In this document: positions 27,699-36,968 of the stretch, piece by piece
Numbering within the stretch: position 1 is the first letter of the stretch
Layout: each line of letters starts with the position of its first letter
Assembly: GCA_052143575.1 (NCBI GenBank)
Contig: JBKQSP010000116.1
Coordinates: 205 to 64,204, forward strand
Reading direction: 5' to 3'
Length of the DNA: 64,000 nucleotides
DNA from: Acidimicrobiales bacterium
Lineage (GTDB): Bacteria > Actinomycetota > Acidimicrobiia > Acidimicrobiales > Bog-793
Program-made: the position numbers and the translations under genes
Notes under the pieces: model-generated
The model's input: only the letters and a program-made list of their open reading frames with translations
Database searches by the model: none
What the model was told of the DNA's origin: nothing

Positions 27699-28799
27699 GT
27701 GATCAAACGAAATGCTGTGCCGGTGGGCGAATCGCCCACTTCCGTCCCCGCCCTCGCCGACCTGGGCTGGGACGACGGCGTCCAAGTGCTCTACGACGCA
27801 AGCCTGCGACGTCTCGAGCCTCCGGCTCCGGCGCGAGCCAGAGGCGCCCGCGTGCTGCACCGCGATCGCACGGTCTGCACGGTCGGTACCGACTCGGGCA
27901 TGCACCAGGTCACCATCGCCCAGCACCTTCTCGCCTCACCCCTCGAAGCGCCCACGACGGGCGACTTCGTGGTGGTGTGCGACAGCGAGGTCGTCGCCGT
28001 GCTGGAGCGGCGCACGGCCGTCATGCGGGCGGCCTTCCGGGATCTCTCGGCTCAGGTGCTCGCCGCCAACGTCGACACCGTTCTCGCCGTCTCGTCCCTG
28101 GCGAACCCTTGGCGACCGCGGCGCGTGGAGCGCCTGCTCGTGATCGCCTGGCAGACCGGTGCCGTGCCGATCGTCGTGTTGACGAAGGCCGATTGCTGCG
28201 CGGACGCCGGCGAGGTGTACGAGGCGGCCGTGTGCGTGGCGCCCGGGTGTGCCGTGCACGTCGTGAGCGCCTTCACCGGCGAGGGCATGGCGGGGCTCTC
28301 GGCAGAGCTTGCCCCCCGCACGACCTCGGTGATGATCGGCACCTCCGGTGCTGGGAAGTCCACCCTGGCGAACGCCCTCAGCGACGGTGAGGCGGGCTTG
28401 GCAACGGCCGAGATCCGCGAGGACGGCAAGGGTCGCCACACGACGGTCAGGCGTGAGCTCGTGACCCTCAGCAACGGGGCGCTCATGATCGACACGCCGG
28501 GCCTGCGCGCCATCGGCCTCTGGGGCGCCGAGGACGCCCTCGCCGACGCATTCAGTGACGTCGAGGAACTCTCGCTCGGATGCCGCTTCAACGACTGCGC
28601 CCACGACAGCGAACCGGGCTGCGCCGTGAAGGAGGCGATCGACGACGGGCGCCTCGACCTCGCCCGCCTCGAGAGCTACCGCGGCCTGCAGCGCGAGCAA
28701 CGACGCCTCGCCGCCCGCACGGACGCACGCCTTCGCGCCGAGCGTGCCGCCCAGTTCAAGCAATTCGCCAAGCAGCAGCGAAGCCAGTTCTACCGGTAG
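27699..28799 (+). CDS. rsgA: Ribosome small-subunit-dependent GTPase A
   Basis: Circularly permuted GTPase: 'VLTKADC' (G4) precedes 'GTSGAGKSTLANAL' (G1) and 'DTPG' (G3). C-terminal zinc knuckle 'CRFNDCAHDSEPGCAV'. Confidence 0.92.
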   Translation: MIKRNAVPVGESPTSVPALADLGWDDGVQVLYDASLRRLEPPAPARARGARVLHRDRTVCTVGTDSGMHQVTIAQHLLASPLEAPTTGDFVVVCDSEVVAVLERRTAVMRAAFRDLSAQVLAANVDTVLAVSSLANPWRPRRVERLLVIAWQTGAVPIVVLTKADCCADAGEVYEAAVCVAPGCAVHVVSAFTGEGMAGLSAELAPRTTSVMIGTSGAGKSTLANALSDGEAGLATAEIREDGKGRHTTVRRELVTLSNGALMIDTPGLRAIGLWGAEDALADAFSDVEELSLGCRFNDCAHDSEPGCAVKEAIDDGRLDLARLESYRGLQREQRRLAARTDARLRAERAAQFKQFAKQQRSQFYR

Positions 28800-28884
28800 C
28801 GCCGGCGAGCCATAGGCTCGTGCCATCTCCACAGGCAGCGACGAGCCGGGCGAGGTAGCCCGCCATCACGAGGAGCACCTCGCC

Positions 28885-29529
28885 ATGGCGGCCGCTCGGG
28901 CAGGCGACCGGGCGGCGCTCGAGTCGCTCCTGCGTGCCCACTACGACCGCTGCTATGCCCTGTGCCGGCGCTTGCTCGGAGACGACGAGGATGCCCTCGA
29001 CGCGACGCAGGAAGCCATGATCGCCATCGCCCGGGGGATCGGCTCCTTCGACGAGCGGAGCGCGTTCGCCACCTGGGTGTACCGCGTCACGGCAAATGCC
29101 GCCTTCGACGAGTTGCGGCGTCGCCGGCGCCGCCCCCAGATTGACCGACCGACCGACCTCTCCGAGGGAGCCGAGGCGACGGAGGCATCCGGCGGCCGCC
29201 TCGCATCGGCCCGGGACGAGGTCGGCGAAAGCGTGAGCGCGCGGTTGACGCTGGACGGGGCACTTCGAGAGCTGTCAACGGAGCACCGGACGGCCGTCGT
29301 GCTGCGCGACATGATGGACCTCGACTACCGCGAGATCGCCGAGATCCTCCTCGTGCCGATCGGGACGGTGCGCTCCCGCATCGCCCGCGGCCGGGCGGCC
29401 CTCGCCCAGTTGCTCTCCGAGGAGGCTCCCATCCGGGACGCCGCCGTGACGGTCGCCACGGGCAGCGAGGGGCCGGAGGGGAACCAGCACGCTCCCGGCG
29501 ACGTCCAACATCCTGGACAGCAATCATGA
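28885..29529 (+). CDS. ECF-type RNA polymerase sigma-70 factor
   Basis: Region 2 'DATQEAMIAIARGIGSFDERSAFATWVYRVTANAAFDELRRRRR'. Region 4 'VLRDMMDLDYREIAEILLVPIGTVRSRIARGRAAL'. Confidence 0.9.
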   Translation: MAAARAGDRAALESLLRAHYDRCYALCRRLLGDDEDALDATQEAMIAIARGIGSFDERSAFATWVYRVTANAAFDELRRRRRRPQIDRPTDLSEGAEATEASGGRLASARDEVGESVSARLTLDGALRELSTEHRTAVVLRDMMDLDYREIAEILLVPIGTVRSRIARGRAALAQLLSEEAPIRDAAVTVATGSEGPEGNQHAPGDVQHPGQQS

Positions 29530-30512
29530 CCGACACCACCCAACCACCGACGCCGAACGGCGCCGCCCATCCGGGCCTCGCCCTCCTCTCGTGTCTCGTC
29601 GACGATGCGCTCGCCGCTGAGGAGGCCTCCGCCACGCGAGCCCATCTTCTGACCTGCCCCCTCTGTCGGCTGGAGACGCATCGCTTGACGGCGGCTCGAG
29701 CGGCAGTGGCGACGGCGCCCCGCCCCGTGGCGCCGGCCGGCTCGAGCGATCGTGCCGTTGCGGCGGCGCTGTCGATCACCTCGCCCCGTGGCGCCGAGGC
29801 GGGCGTCACACGGTCGACCGCCGGCGGCGCGCGGTGGCGCGGCGCCGTCCCCCTCCACACTCGCGGTGTCGCCCTGCGGGCTGCCGCCGCTGTCTTGCTG
29901 GCCGGAGCCCTCGCCGCCGGGCTCGTCGCCGTGCTGCGCTCTGATCACGCCGCTGGTCCGCTTCGTGCCGGACCGGCCGAGACGACGTCACCGAAGATCA
30001 CCGGCGGCACCCGTGCCCCCTCGTCGACGCTGCCCTACGGCGGGGTCGGCGGCCCGGTCGTCGGTGTCTTCCAGTTGCAGCTGCGCAGACAAGTCGGCGC
30101 CGCCTCCTGCACCAAGGTGGCCCGCCACGTCGCCACGGTGGGCGGCGTCAACCCGCCTGCAGGCGAGGGCGCCGTCATGCGAGCGGCAGGAGGCAGGCCC
30201 TCGACCTGCGTCGCCCTCGGGCCGGCCTTCGCAACGATCTGGAGCGGGAACGTCGCGACGGTCTCGGTACGCGACGTCACGACGCCGGCGTCTGCGACAA
30301 CGCCGGGCGGCACCCAGGCAGATGTCGTGATCCGCCTCATGGCGGGCACGCTCGGCCCTGCCGCCCTCAAGACGGCAGAGACCCCCGGTGTGACGCTCGC
30401 AGCCGTCGCCTCCGGCAGCGACCTCGGCAGCGGGCGCGTCAGCAGCGGGCAGGTCGTCACGATCCGGCTCAGCCGGCCGACGGCGCTCCTCGTGGCGCGA
30501 GAGCTGGCCTGA
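29526..30512 (+). CDS. Anti-sigma factor (zf-HC2 type) with one TM helix and an extracytoplasmic domain
   Basis: ATGA overlap with the sigma gene. 'HLLTCPLC' is an H-x3-C-x2-C motif. TM helix 'LRAAAAVLLAGALAAGLVAVL'. Confidence 0.8.
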   Translation: MTDTTQPPTPNGAAHPGLALLSCLVDDALAAEEASATRAHLLTCPLCRLETHRLTAARAAVATAPRPVAPAGSSDRAVAAALSITSPRGAEAGVTRSTAGGARWRGAVPLHTRGVALRAAAAVLLAGALAAGLVAVLRSDHAAGPLRAGPAETTSPKITGGTRAPSSTLPYGGVGGPVVGVFQLQLRRQVGAASCTKVARHVATVGGVNPPAGEGAVMRAAGGRPSTCVALGPAFATIWSGNVATVSVRDVTTPASATTPGGTQADVVIRLMAGTLGPAALKTAETPGVTLAAVASGSDLGSGRVSSGQVVTIRLSRPTALLVARELA

Positions 30513-30581
30513 GCGCCGGCGCCCGACCGGCGGCGGCGGCGCCGTCACGCCGGGAGGGGCGCCTCGATAGGTTGCAGGCCG

Positions 30582-31838
30582 ATGCCGGCGCGCCGACTTC
30601 TCGTCGACATCGAGCCCCTGCGAACGTCACGGCAGTTCCGCCGCCTCTGGGGCGGCTATCTCTTCAGCGTCCTCGGATCACAGCTCACCATCGTGGCCAT
30701 TCCCTACCAGGTGTACCGGCTCACGAACTCCTCCCTCGACGTCGGCCTCATCGGCCTGGCGCAGATCCTGCCCGTGCTGCTGGGCGCCCTTGCCGGCGGA
30801 TCCGTGGCCGATGCCTTCGACCGGCGGCGAATACTCCTCGTGACCCAGAGCCTCCTCGCCCTCTGCAGCGCCGGGCTGTTCTGGAACGCCTCGCTCGCCC
30901 ACCCGAAGCTCTGGCCGCTCTACGTGCTGGCGGCAGCCAGCGCCGGCTTTGCCGCCACGGACTCGTCCACGCGGGCCGCCGTCTTTGCGAACCTCGTGGA
31001 GCGGCGCCAACTCGCCTCCGCCAACGCCTTGTGGCAGCTGCTCTTCCAGATCGGAATCGTCGTCGGGCCGGCGGTCGCCGGCGTGCTCATCGCCCGCATC
31101 GGCGTGGCATCGGCTTACGGGGTCGACGCCGCCACGTTCTTCGTATCCTTCGCCGCAGTCATGAGCCTGCAGCCGCTGCGCCCCCTCGAGGGCGGCACCC
31201 GTTTCGGCTGGCGGTCGATCAAGGAGGGCCTCTCCTTCCTGCGGGCCCGCCAGGTCCTGCAAGCGACGTTTGTCATCGATCTCGCCGCCATGGTGCTCGG
31301 GATGCCGAGGGCGCTCTTTCCCGCCCTCGGGCTGCACCACTTCCGCGGCGGCGCCCAGACCGTCGGCTTCCTGTTCGCCGCTCCGGGCGTCGGGGCGCTT
31401 CTCGGCGCCGCCCTCGCCGGCTGGGTCACCTCGGTGCGCCGGCAGGGGGGAGCCGTCCTGCTCGCCGTCAGCGTCTGGGGCGCCGCCATCGCCGCCTTCG
31501 GCCTCGTCGGCTGGCTGCCGGGCGCCCTCGCCCTCTTGGCCGTGGCGGGCGCCGCCGACGTCATCTCGGCCGTGTTCCGGGGGACGATCCTGCAGACGGA
31601 GGCCCCCGACGCACTGAGGGGGCGCGTCTCGTCGATCCACACCGCCGTCGTGACGGGAGGGCCGCGCCTCGGCGACGTGGAAGCCGGTGTCGTCGCCGCC
31701 CTCGGCGGCGTCGAGGTCTCCGTCGTCACCGGCGGCCTCGGATGCCTTCTCGGCGTCGCCCTCGTGTGGCGCCTCATGCCGCGACTGGCCGCCTACGTGG
31801 CGCCGGAGGGCGGGCACGAGCAGCAGGTGCACGGATGA
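30582..31838 (+). CDS. MFS transporter (EntS/MFS_3-like)
   Basis: 'FRRLWGGYLFSVLGSQLTIVAIPYQVY' and 'GGSVADAFDRRRILLVTQ' are typical of the enterobactin-exporter-like MFS family. 12 TMS. Confidence 0.85.
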   Translation: MPARRLLVDIEPLRTSRQFRRLWGGYLFSVLGSQLTIVAIPYQVYRLTNSSLDVGLIGLAQILPVLLGALAGGSVADAFDRRRILLVTQSLLALCSAGLFWNASLAHPKLWPLYVLAAASAGFAATDSSTRAAVFANLVERRQLASANALWQLLFQIGIVVGPAVAGVLIARIGVASAYGVDAATFFVSFAAVMSLQPLRPLEGGTRFGWRSIKEGLSFLRARQVLQATFVIDLAAMVLGMPRALFPALGLHHFRGGAQTVGFLFAAPGVGALLGAALAGWVTSVRRQGGAVLLAVSVWGAAIAAFGLVGWLPGALALLAVAGAADVISAVFRGTILQTEAPDALRGRVSSIHTAVVTGGPRLGDVEAGVVAALGGVEVSVVTGGLGCLLGVALVWRLMPRLAAYVAPEGGHEQQVHG

Positions 31839-31887
31839 GACGGGCGGCATGCGACGTGAGCGCCGACGTTGTGCAAGGTTGGAGAGC

Positions 31888-32562
31888 ATGAACGTCGGCA
31901 TCCTCGGAGGTACAGGACCCGCCGGGAAGGCGCTCGCCGCCCGGCTCGCATCGCTCGGGCTCGCTGTGCAGATCGGCTCTCGCCAAGCCGAACGCGCAGC
32001 CGACATCGCCACCCAGCTGCGGGACAAATGGGCCGGCCGCCGGCTCGCCCTCTCGGGTGTCGGCAACGAGAACGCCTGCGAGGCGGACGTCGTCGTGCTC
32101 GCCACGCCCTGGGACGGCGCCGCTCCGCTCGCTCGCTCGCTGGCCGAGCGGCTCGACGGCAAGGTCGTCATCTCGATGGTGAACGCCCTCGGCAAGGTGG
32201 GCGACGAGCTGCTCGCACTCGTCCCGCCGAGCGGCTCGATCACCATCGCCGTGCAACAAGCCGCCCCCGGTGCCCTCGTGGCGGGTGCCTTCCACCACCT
32301 GCCGGCCCGGGTCGTCGCCGACCTCGAGCAGTCCCTCGACGCCGACGTCCTCGTCTGCTCGGATCACGCGGCGGCGACAGCCGCCGCCATCGAGCTCACC
32401 GACCGCATCCCCGGCTGCCGCGGTGTGGACGCCGGCTCACTCTCGGCGGCGGCCGCCATCGAGGCCTTCACGGCCGTGCTGATCGGGATCAACATCAAGC
32501 ACCGGGCGCACGCCAGCATCAAGCTGACGGGCTTCGACCCGGGTGGCGGGGCCGCACGGTGA
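31888..32562 (+). CDS. npdG: NADPH-dependent F420 reductase
   Basis: GGAGAG upstream of ATG 31888. 'MNVGILGGTGPAGKALAARLASLGLAVQIGSR' Rossmann motif. 'VVVLATPWDG', 'VISMVNAL' and length match the NpdG family. Confidence 0.75.
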   Translation: MNVGILGGTGPAGKALAARLASLGLAVQIGSRQAERAADIATQLRDKWAGRRLALSGVGNENACEADVVVLATPWDGAAPLARSLAERLDGKVVISMVNALGKVGDELLALVPPSGSITIAVQQAAPGALVAGAFHHLPARVVADLEQSLDADVLVCSDHAAATAAAIELTDRIPGCRGVDAGSLSAAAAIEAFTAVLIGINIKHRAHASIKLTGFDPGGGAAR

Positions 32563-33674
32563 TGCGTCTGTACGACACGGCCCGCTCCGCCGTGGTCGAC
32601 TTCGAGCCCGGCCCGGTCGTGACGATGTACACGTGCGGCATCACGCCCTATGACGCCGCCCACCTCGGCCATGCCATGGTGTACGTCACCTACGACGTCC
32701 TGCAGCGACGCCTACGCGACCTCGGCCACCGCACCGAGTGCGTGCGCAACATCACCGACGTCGACGACGACATCCTGCGCAAGGCCCGTGAGCTCGGCGT
32801 CCACTACCTCGACCTCGCAGCCGGCGAGATCGCCCGCTTCGACGACGACATGCGAGCGCTCAACCTGCTTCCTGCCACGAGCGAGCCGCGGGCGACCTCG
32901 GCCATCCCCGATATCCTCGGCTTCATCGGCATGGTGCTCGACGCCGGCCACGCCTACCAGTCAGGCGGCGCCGTCTACTTCGACGTCTCCTCGTTCCCGC
33001 GCTTCGGCCAGGTGAGCCACTACGACCGCGACGAGATGCTGCGGCTGGCAGCCGAGCGGGGGGGCAACCCGGACGACCCCTTCAAGAACGACCCGCTCGA
33101 CTTCGTGCTCTGGCAGCCGTCGGCCGAGGACGAGCCCGCCTGGGACTCGCTCTGGGGGAAGGGCCGCCCCGGCTGGCACATCGAGTGCTCGGCGCTGGCG
33201 CTGCGAGAGCTCGGGACGACGATCGACCTGCACGGTGGCGGCGACGACCTCGTGTTCCCGCACCACGAGTGCGAGGCGGCACAGTCGGAGGCCGCCACCG
33301 GCGAGCGCTTCGTGCGCCACTGGATGCACGTCGGCATGGTGCGCCTCGGTGGCGAGAAGATGTCGAAGTCGCTCGGGAACCTCGTGTTCGTCCACACCTT
33401 GCTCGAGAGCCACGACCCGGCCGCCGTCCGGCTCGCCCTCCTCGCCCACCACTACCGGGGCTCGTGGGACTTCGACGGTGCCCTCCTCGAGGGCGCCGCC
33501 AGCCGCCTCGAGCGCTGGCGGGCGGCCGGTGAAGGCGAGGGCGCCCTCGAAGCGGTGCGTGCGCGCCTCGACGACGACCTCGACACGCCGGGAGCCCTGG
33601 CAGCCATCGACGAGGCTGCCGCCGGCGGCCTCGGCGTGAGCCGGGCGGCACGTCTCCTCGGCGTCGCCCTCTGA
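32562..33674 (+). CDS. mshC: Cysteine:1D-myo-inosityl 2-amino-2-deoxy-alpha-D-glucopyranoside ligase (mycothiol ligase)
   Basis: ATG 32562 shares one nt with the npdG stop (TGATG). HIGH-type 'PYDAAHLGHA'. 'ERGGNPDDP', 'DFVLWQ', 'GRPGWHIECSA', 'FPHHECEAAQ', 'KMSKSLGN'. No CysRS anticodon-binding domain (370 aa). Confidence 0.85.
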   Translation: MRLYDTARSAVVDFEPGPVVTMYTCGITPYDAAHLGHAMVYVTYDVLQRRLRDLGHRTECVRNITDVDDDILRKARELGVHYLDLAAGEIARFDDDMRALNLLPATSEPRATSAIPDILGFIGMVLDAGHAYQSGGAVYFDVSSFPRFGQVSHYDRDEMLRLAAERGGNPDDPFKNDPLDFVLWQPSAEDEPAWDSLWGKGRPGWHIECSALALRELGTTIDLHGGGDDLVFPHHECEAAQSEAATGERFVRHWMHVGMVRLGGEKMSKSLGNLVFVHTLLESHDPAAVRLALLAHHYRGSWDFDGALLEGAASRLERWRAAGEGEGALEAVRARLDDDLDTPGALAAIDEAAAGGLGVSRAARLLGVAL

Positions 33675-33731
33675 CCGCCTGAGGAAGGGGCGCCCTGACC
33701 TGGGCGTTCACGGCCGGGGACGGGAGCGCCC

Positions 33732-33737
33732 TAAATT
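33732..33737 (+). promoter_or_regulatory. -10-like hexamer TAAATT 6 nt upstream of the thrS ATG (leaderless geometry)
   Basis: A TANNNT hexamer, then 'ggctcg', then ATG 33744. No SD is present. Confidence 0.35.
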
Positions 33738-33743
33738 GGCTCG

Positions 33744-35735
33744 ATGGCCGCCGACATCACCGTCATCCTGCCCGACGGGAGCGCCCGCTCCCTACCGGAA
33801 GGCTCGACGGGCACGACGTTGGCGACCGCGATCGGGCGCCGCCTCGCCGAGGACGCCGTGGCCGTCGAGGTGAAGGGCGAGCTCTGGGATCTCACACGAG
33901 CCTTGCCGGACGGCGCCCAGGTGGCCATCGTCACGCGTGGCACCGAGGAGGGGCGCGCCGTCCTTCGCCACTCCACCGCCCACGTTCTCGCCCAGGCCGT
34001 CCTCTCCCTGTGGCCGGGTGCCCGCTTCGCCATCGGGCCGTCCATCAGCGACGGCTTCTACTACGACTTCGAGCTGCCCGGCGGCGCTCACTTCAGCGAC
34101 ACCGACCTCGAGACCATCGAGGGGCGCATGCGCGAGATCGTGGCGGCGGGACAGCCCTTCCTGCGCGAGGAGCACTCGATCGAGGAGGGGCTCGAGCTGT
34201 TCGCCGACCAGCCGTACAAGCGGGAGATCATCGAGGGTGTCGCGGCGCGGGCCGAGGACCCCGAGATCGCCCTCGAGGCGGGCGGAGACGAGGGCGTCGT
34301 CACGGCTTACCGCAACACGGACGCCTTCGTGGACCTCTGCCGGGGACCGCACGTGCCCGCCACGGACCGCCTCGGGCACTTCAAGCTGATGCGCGTCGCC
34401 GGCGCCTACTGGCGGGGCGACGAGCACCGCCAGCAGCTGCAACGCATCTACGGCACCGCCTGGGAGTCCGCCAAAGCGCTCGCCGAGCACCTCCACCGCT
34501 TGGAGGAGGCGGAGCGGCGCGACCACCGCCGGATCGGGGCCGAGCTCGACCTCTTCTCCTTCCCGAGCGAGGTCGGCTCGGGCTTGGCCGTCTTCCACCC
34601 GAAGGGCGGGCTCATCCGCAAGCTCATGGAGGACTACTCGCGGCGTCGCCACGAGGAGGCCGGGTACGACTTCGTCAACAGCCCGCACATCTCGAAGGCG
34701 GAGCTGTTCGAGACGTCTGGTCACCTCGACTGGTTCGCCGAGGGCATGTTCCCTCCCATGGAGCTCGACGGGGGGCAGCAGTACTACCTCAAGCCGATGA
34801 ACTGCCCGTTCCACATCCTCATCTTCGCCAGCCGGCAGCGCTCCTACCGCGAGCTCCCCATGCGCCTGTTCGAGTTCGGCGCCGTCTACCGCTACGAGAA
34901 GTCGGGCGTCGTGCACGGCCTCACCCGCGTGCGGGGCATGACCCAGGACGATGCCCACATCTTCTGCACCCGTGAGCAGATGGGCGACGAGCTCGGCTCC
35001 CTCTTGACCTTCGTCCTCGAGCTGCTGCGAGACTTCGACCTCGAGGACTTCTACCTGGAGCTGTCCACCAAGCCGCCCGGCAAGGCGGTCGGGTCGGACG
35101 AGGACTGGGCGGAGGCGACCGAGGCGCTGCGTCGCGTCGCCGTCGGCATGAACCTCGAGCTCGTGCTCGACGAGGGCGGTGGAGCCTTCTACGGCCCCAA
35201 AATCTCCGTGCAGGCCCGCGACGCCATCGGGCGCACCTGGCAGATGTCCACCATCCAGCTCGACTTCCAGGAACCGCAGCGTTTCGGGCTCGAGTACATC
35301 GGTGCCGACAACGCCCGCCACACCCCGATCATGATCCACCGGGCTCTCTTCGGCTCGGTGGAGCGCTTCTTTGCCGTGCTCGTGGAGCACTACGCCGGGG
35401 CCTTCCCGATGTGGCTGGCGCCCGTGCAAGTGCGCGTGCTGCCCGTGCGTGACGAGCACGAGGCCTACGCCGCCGAGGTCGTGAGCACCCTCAAGCAGGC
35501 CGGCATCCGGGTCGACACGGAGGCCGCCGGCGAGCCCCTCAACCCACGAGTGCGCCGCGCCAAGCTCGAGAAGCTGCCCTACGTGCTCGTCGTCGGCGCC
35601 GACGACGTCGCCGCCGGCACCGTCGGCGTGAACGGCCGCGGCGAACGCCCACCCGAGCGCGGCGTGCCGCTGGCCGACTTCGTGGGGCGGGCGGTGGCCG
35701 AGGCGGCTGAGCCGAAGCGGGGCGCGGCGGCGTGA
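33744..35735 (+). CDS. thrS: Threonine--tRNA ligase
   Basis: TGS domain N-terminus. '[11 protein letters not shown]' editing domain. Class II motifs '[21 protein letters not shown]' and '[10 protein letters not shown]'. C-terminal anticodon-binding domain. Confidence 0.97.
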   Translation: MAADITVILPDGSARSLPEGSTGTTLATAIGRRLAEDAVAVEVKGELWDLTRALPDGAQVAIVTRGTEEGRAVLRHSTAHVLAQAVLSLWPGARFAIGPSISDGFYYDFELPGGAHFSDTDLETIEGRMREIVAAGQPFLREEHSIEEGLELFADQPYKREIIEGVAARAEDPEIALEAGGDEGVVTAYRNTDAFVDLCRGPHVPATDRLGHFKLMRVAGAYWRGDEHRQQLQRIYGTAWESAKALAEHLHRLEEAERRDHRRIGAELDLFSFPSEVGSGLAVFHPKGGLIRKLMEDYSRRRHEEAGYDFVNSPHISKAELFETSGHLDWFAEGMFPPMELDGGQQYYLKPMNCPFHILIFASRQRSYRELPMRLFEFGAVYRYEKSGVVHGLTRVRGMTQDDAHIFCTREQMGDELGSLLTFVLELLRDFDLEDFYLELSTKPPGKAVGSDEDWAEATEALRRVAVGMNLELVLDEGGGAFYGPKISVQARDAIGRTWQMSTIQLDFQEPQRFGLEYIGADNARHTPIMIHRALFGSVERFFAVLVEHYAGAFPMWLAPVQVRVLPVRDEHEAYAAEVVSTLKQAGIRVDTEAAGEPLNPRVRRAKLEKLPYVLVVGADDVAAGTVGVNGRGERPPERGVPLADFVGRAVAEAAEPKRGAAA

Positions 35736-36286
35736 CGCTCGAGCGGCTCTGGGCGGGATGGCGGGCTGAGTACGTGAGCACCTTCGGCGAGGAGGGCGCC
35801 GGTACGGCCGCTGCTGTCGGCGCGGGCGTGGCGCCGAACGGGTCGGGCCACGGCGAGGAGCGCTGCGTCTTCTGCGCCATCGCCGCCTCGACGGCGCCCG
35901 ACTCCGAGCGCTACGTCATCTGGTCGAACGAGACGATGATCTGCGTCTTGAACGCCTACCCGTATGCCTCCGGCCACGTGCTCGTGATGCCACGGCGGCA
36001 CGTCCGCGAGCTGGAGGAGCTGTCGGGCGAGGAGGCCGCCGGCCTCTGGGCTGCGGTGCACGACAGCGTGGCGGCCGTGAAGACCGCCTACAGCCCGGAC
36101 GGCCTCAACCTCGGTCTCAACCTCGGTCGGGCGGCGGGCGCCGGCATCCCGGCCCACCTCCACGTCCACGTGGTCCCGCGCTGGATCGGCGACACGAATT
36201 TCATGTCGGCGACGGCGGAGGTCCGCGTCCTCCCGGAAGCACTTCCGGTGAGCTGGCAACGGTTACGAGCTGCATGGGAATCCTAG
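35732..36286 (+). CDS. HIT family protein (Ap4A phosphorylase-like, Rv2613c-type position)
   Basis: GTGA overlap with the thrS stop. 'CVFCAI' and histidine triad '[11 protein letters not shown]'. Confidence 0.85.
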   Translation: MTLERLWAGWRAEYVSTFGEEGAGTAAAVGAGVAPNGSGHGEERCVFCAIAASTAPDSERYVIWSNETMICVLNAYPYASGHVLVMPRRHVRELEELSGEEAAGLWAAVHDSVAAVKTAYSPDGLNLGLNLGRAAGAGIPAHLHVHVVPRWIGDTNFMSATAEVRVLPEALPVSWQRLRAAWES

Positions 36287-36951
36287 GCGGCGGGCCGCTG
36301 GACGACGACGTCGTCCTCGAGCCCCTCACCCGGTCGACTCACCGCCCGCCCAAGGTCTGGGGCGTCCTGCAGATCGACGGCGACTCCCTCGTGGTGTGTC
36401 TCTCGGGTTGGCGCGCCCTGTGGGCGGTGCAGCGTCGGGTCCGCGTGCCGATCTCCGCCGTGATCCGGGCGAGCCACGAGCCAGCCGTCTACCAGCTCGT
36501 CAGCATCCGCCTGCGGCAGCGACGTCGCACCCGCACGACGCTGTTCAAGCTCGGCAGCCAGCACGGCCAGCACGGCTGGTCCTTCTGGGCGTGCGGCTTC
36601 GGGCGCAACGCCGTCCTCGTCGAGACGGTCGGCGCCCGTTACCGCTACCTCGTGGTGGAGGTGGCGGAGCCCGAGGCGGTCGCCGCCAGCATCCGCCAGG
36701 CGGCCGGCCTGTCGACGCCGGCGACGGCGCCTCCCCGCCTCGGCGATGGGACGGCAGAGGGCGGTTCGCACCCTTCCCCGAAGCAGGCCTCCGACCCGTG
36801 GCCCGTTCCGGCCAGCCGGCCCACCCCCACCGGCCTCAACGGCTCGTCCCGATCGGGGAACGGGACATCTCCCCCGAAGGGTGCCGGCGAGGGAATCGGC
36901 CCGAACGAGGATCCGCCCGGCGCCGGCGGCCCGGCGCCGGAGGACTCCTGA
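36274..36951 (+). CDS. Hypothetical protein with Pro/Gly/Ser-rich C-terminal tail
   Basis: ATG 36274 overlaps the HIT gene by 13 nt. Roughly 140-aa globular part ('VLQIDGDSLVVCLSGWRALW...RYRYLVVEVAEPEAV', possibly PH-like), then an 85-aa low-complexity tail. No family recognised. Confidence 0.45.
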   Translation: MGILGGGPLDDDVVLEPLTRSTHRPPKVWGVLQIDGDSLVVCLSGWRALWAVQRRVRVPISAVIRASHEPAVYQLVSIRLRQRRRTRTTLFKLGSQHGQHGWSFWACGFGRNAVLVETVGARYRYLVVEVAEPEAVAASIRQAAGLSTPATAPPRLGDGTAEGGSHPSPKQASDPWPVPASRPTPTGLNGSSRSGNGTSPPKGAGEGIGPNEDPPGAGGPAPEDS

Positions 36952-36968
36952 GCTCGGCTCAGGAGTCC
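36942..36968. terminator. Perfect 12-bp-stem hairpin between convergent genes (candidate bidirectional terminator)
   Basis: GGACTCCTGAGC-tcg-GCTCAGGAGTCC. Both convergent stop codons (TGA 36949-51 on plus, TCA 36959-61 = TGA on minus) lie inside the stem. There is no U-tract on either side. Confidence 0.5.

Noticed and set aside
28800-28884. I looked for an ECF-type autoregulated promoter (GGAAC-N16/17-CGTT-like) upstream of the sigma factor gene.
   Set aside because: No GGAAC-like -35 or CGT-type -10 is visible in the 85-bp gap. Only a short CGAGCC-ata-GGCTCG hairpin (28806-28820) follows rsgA.
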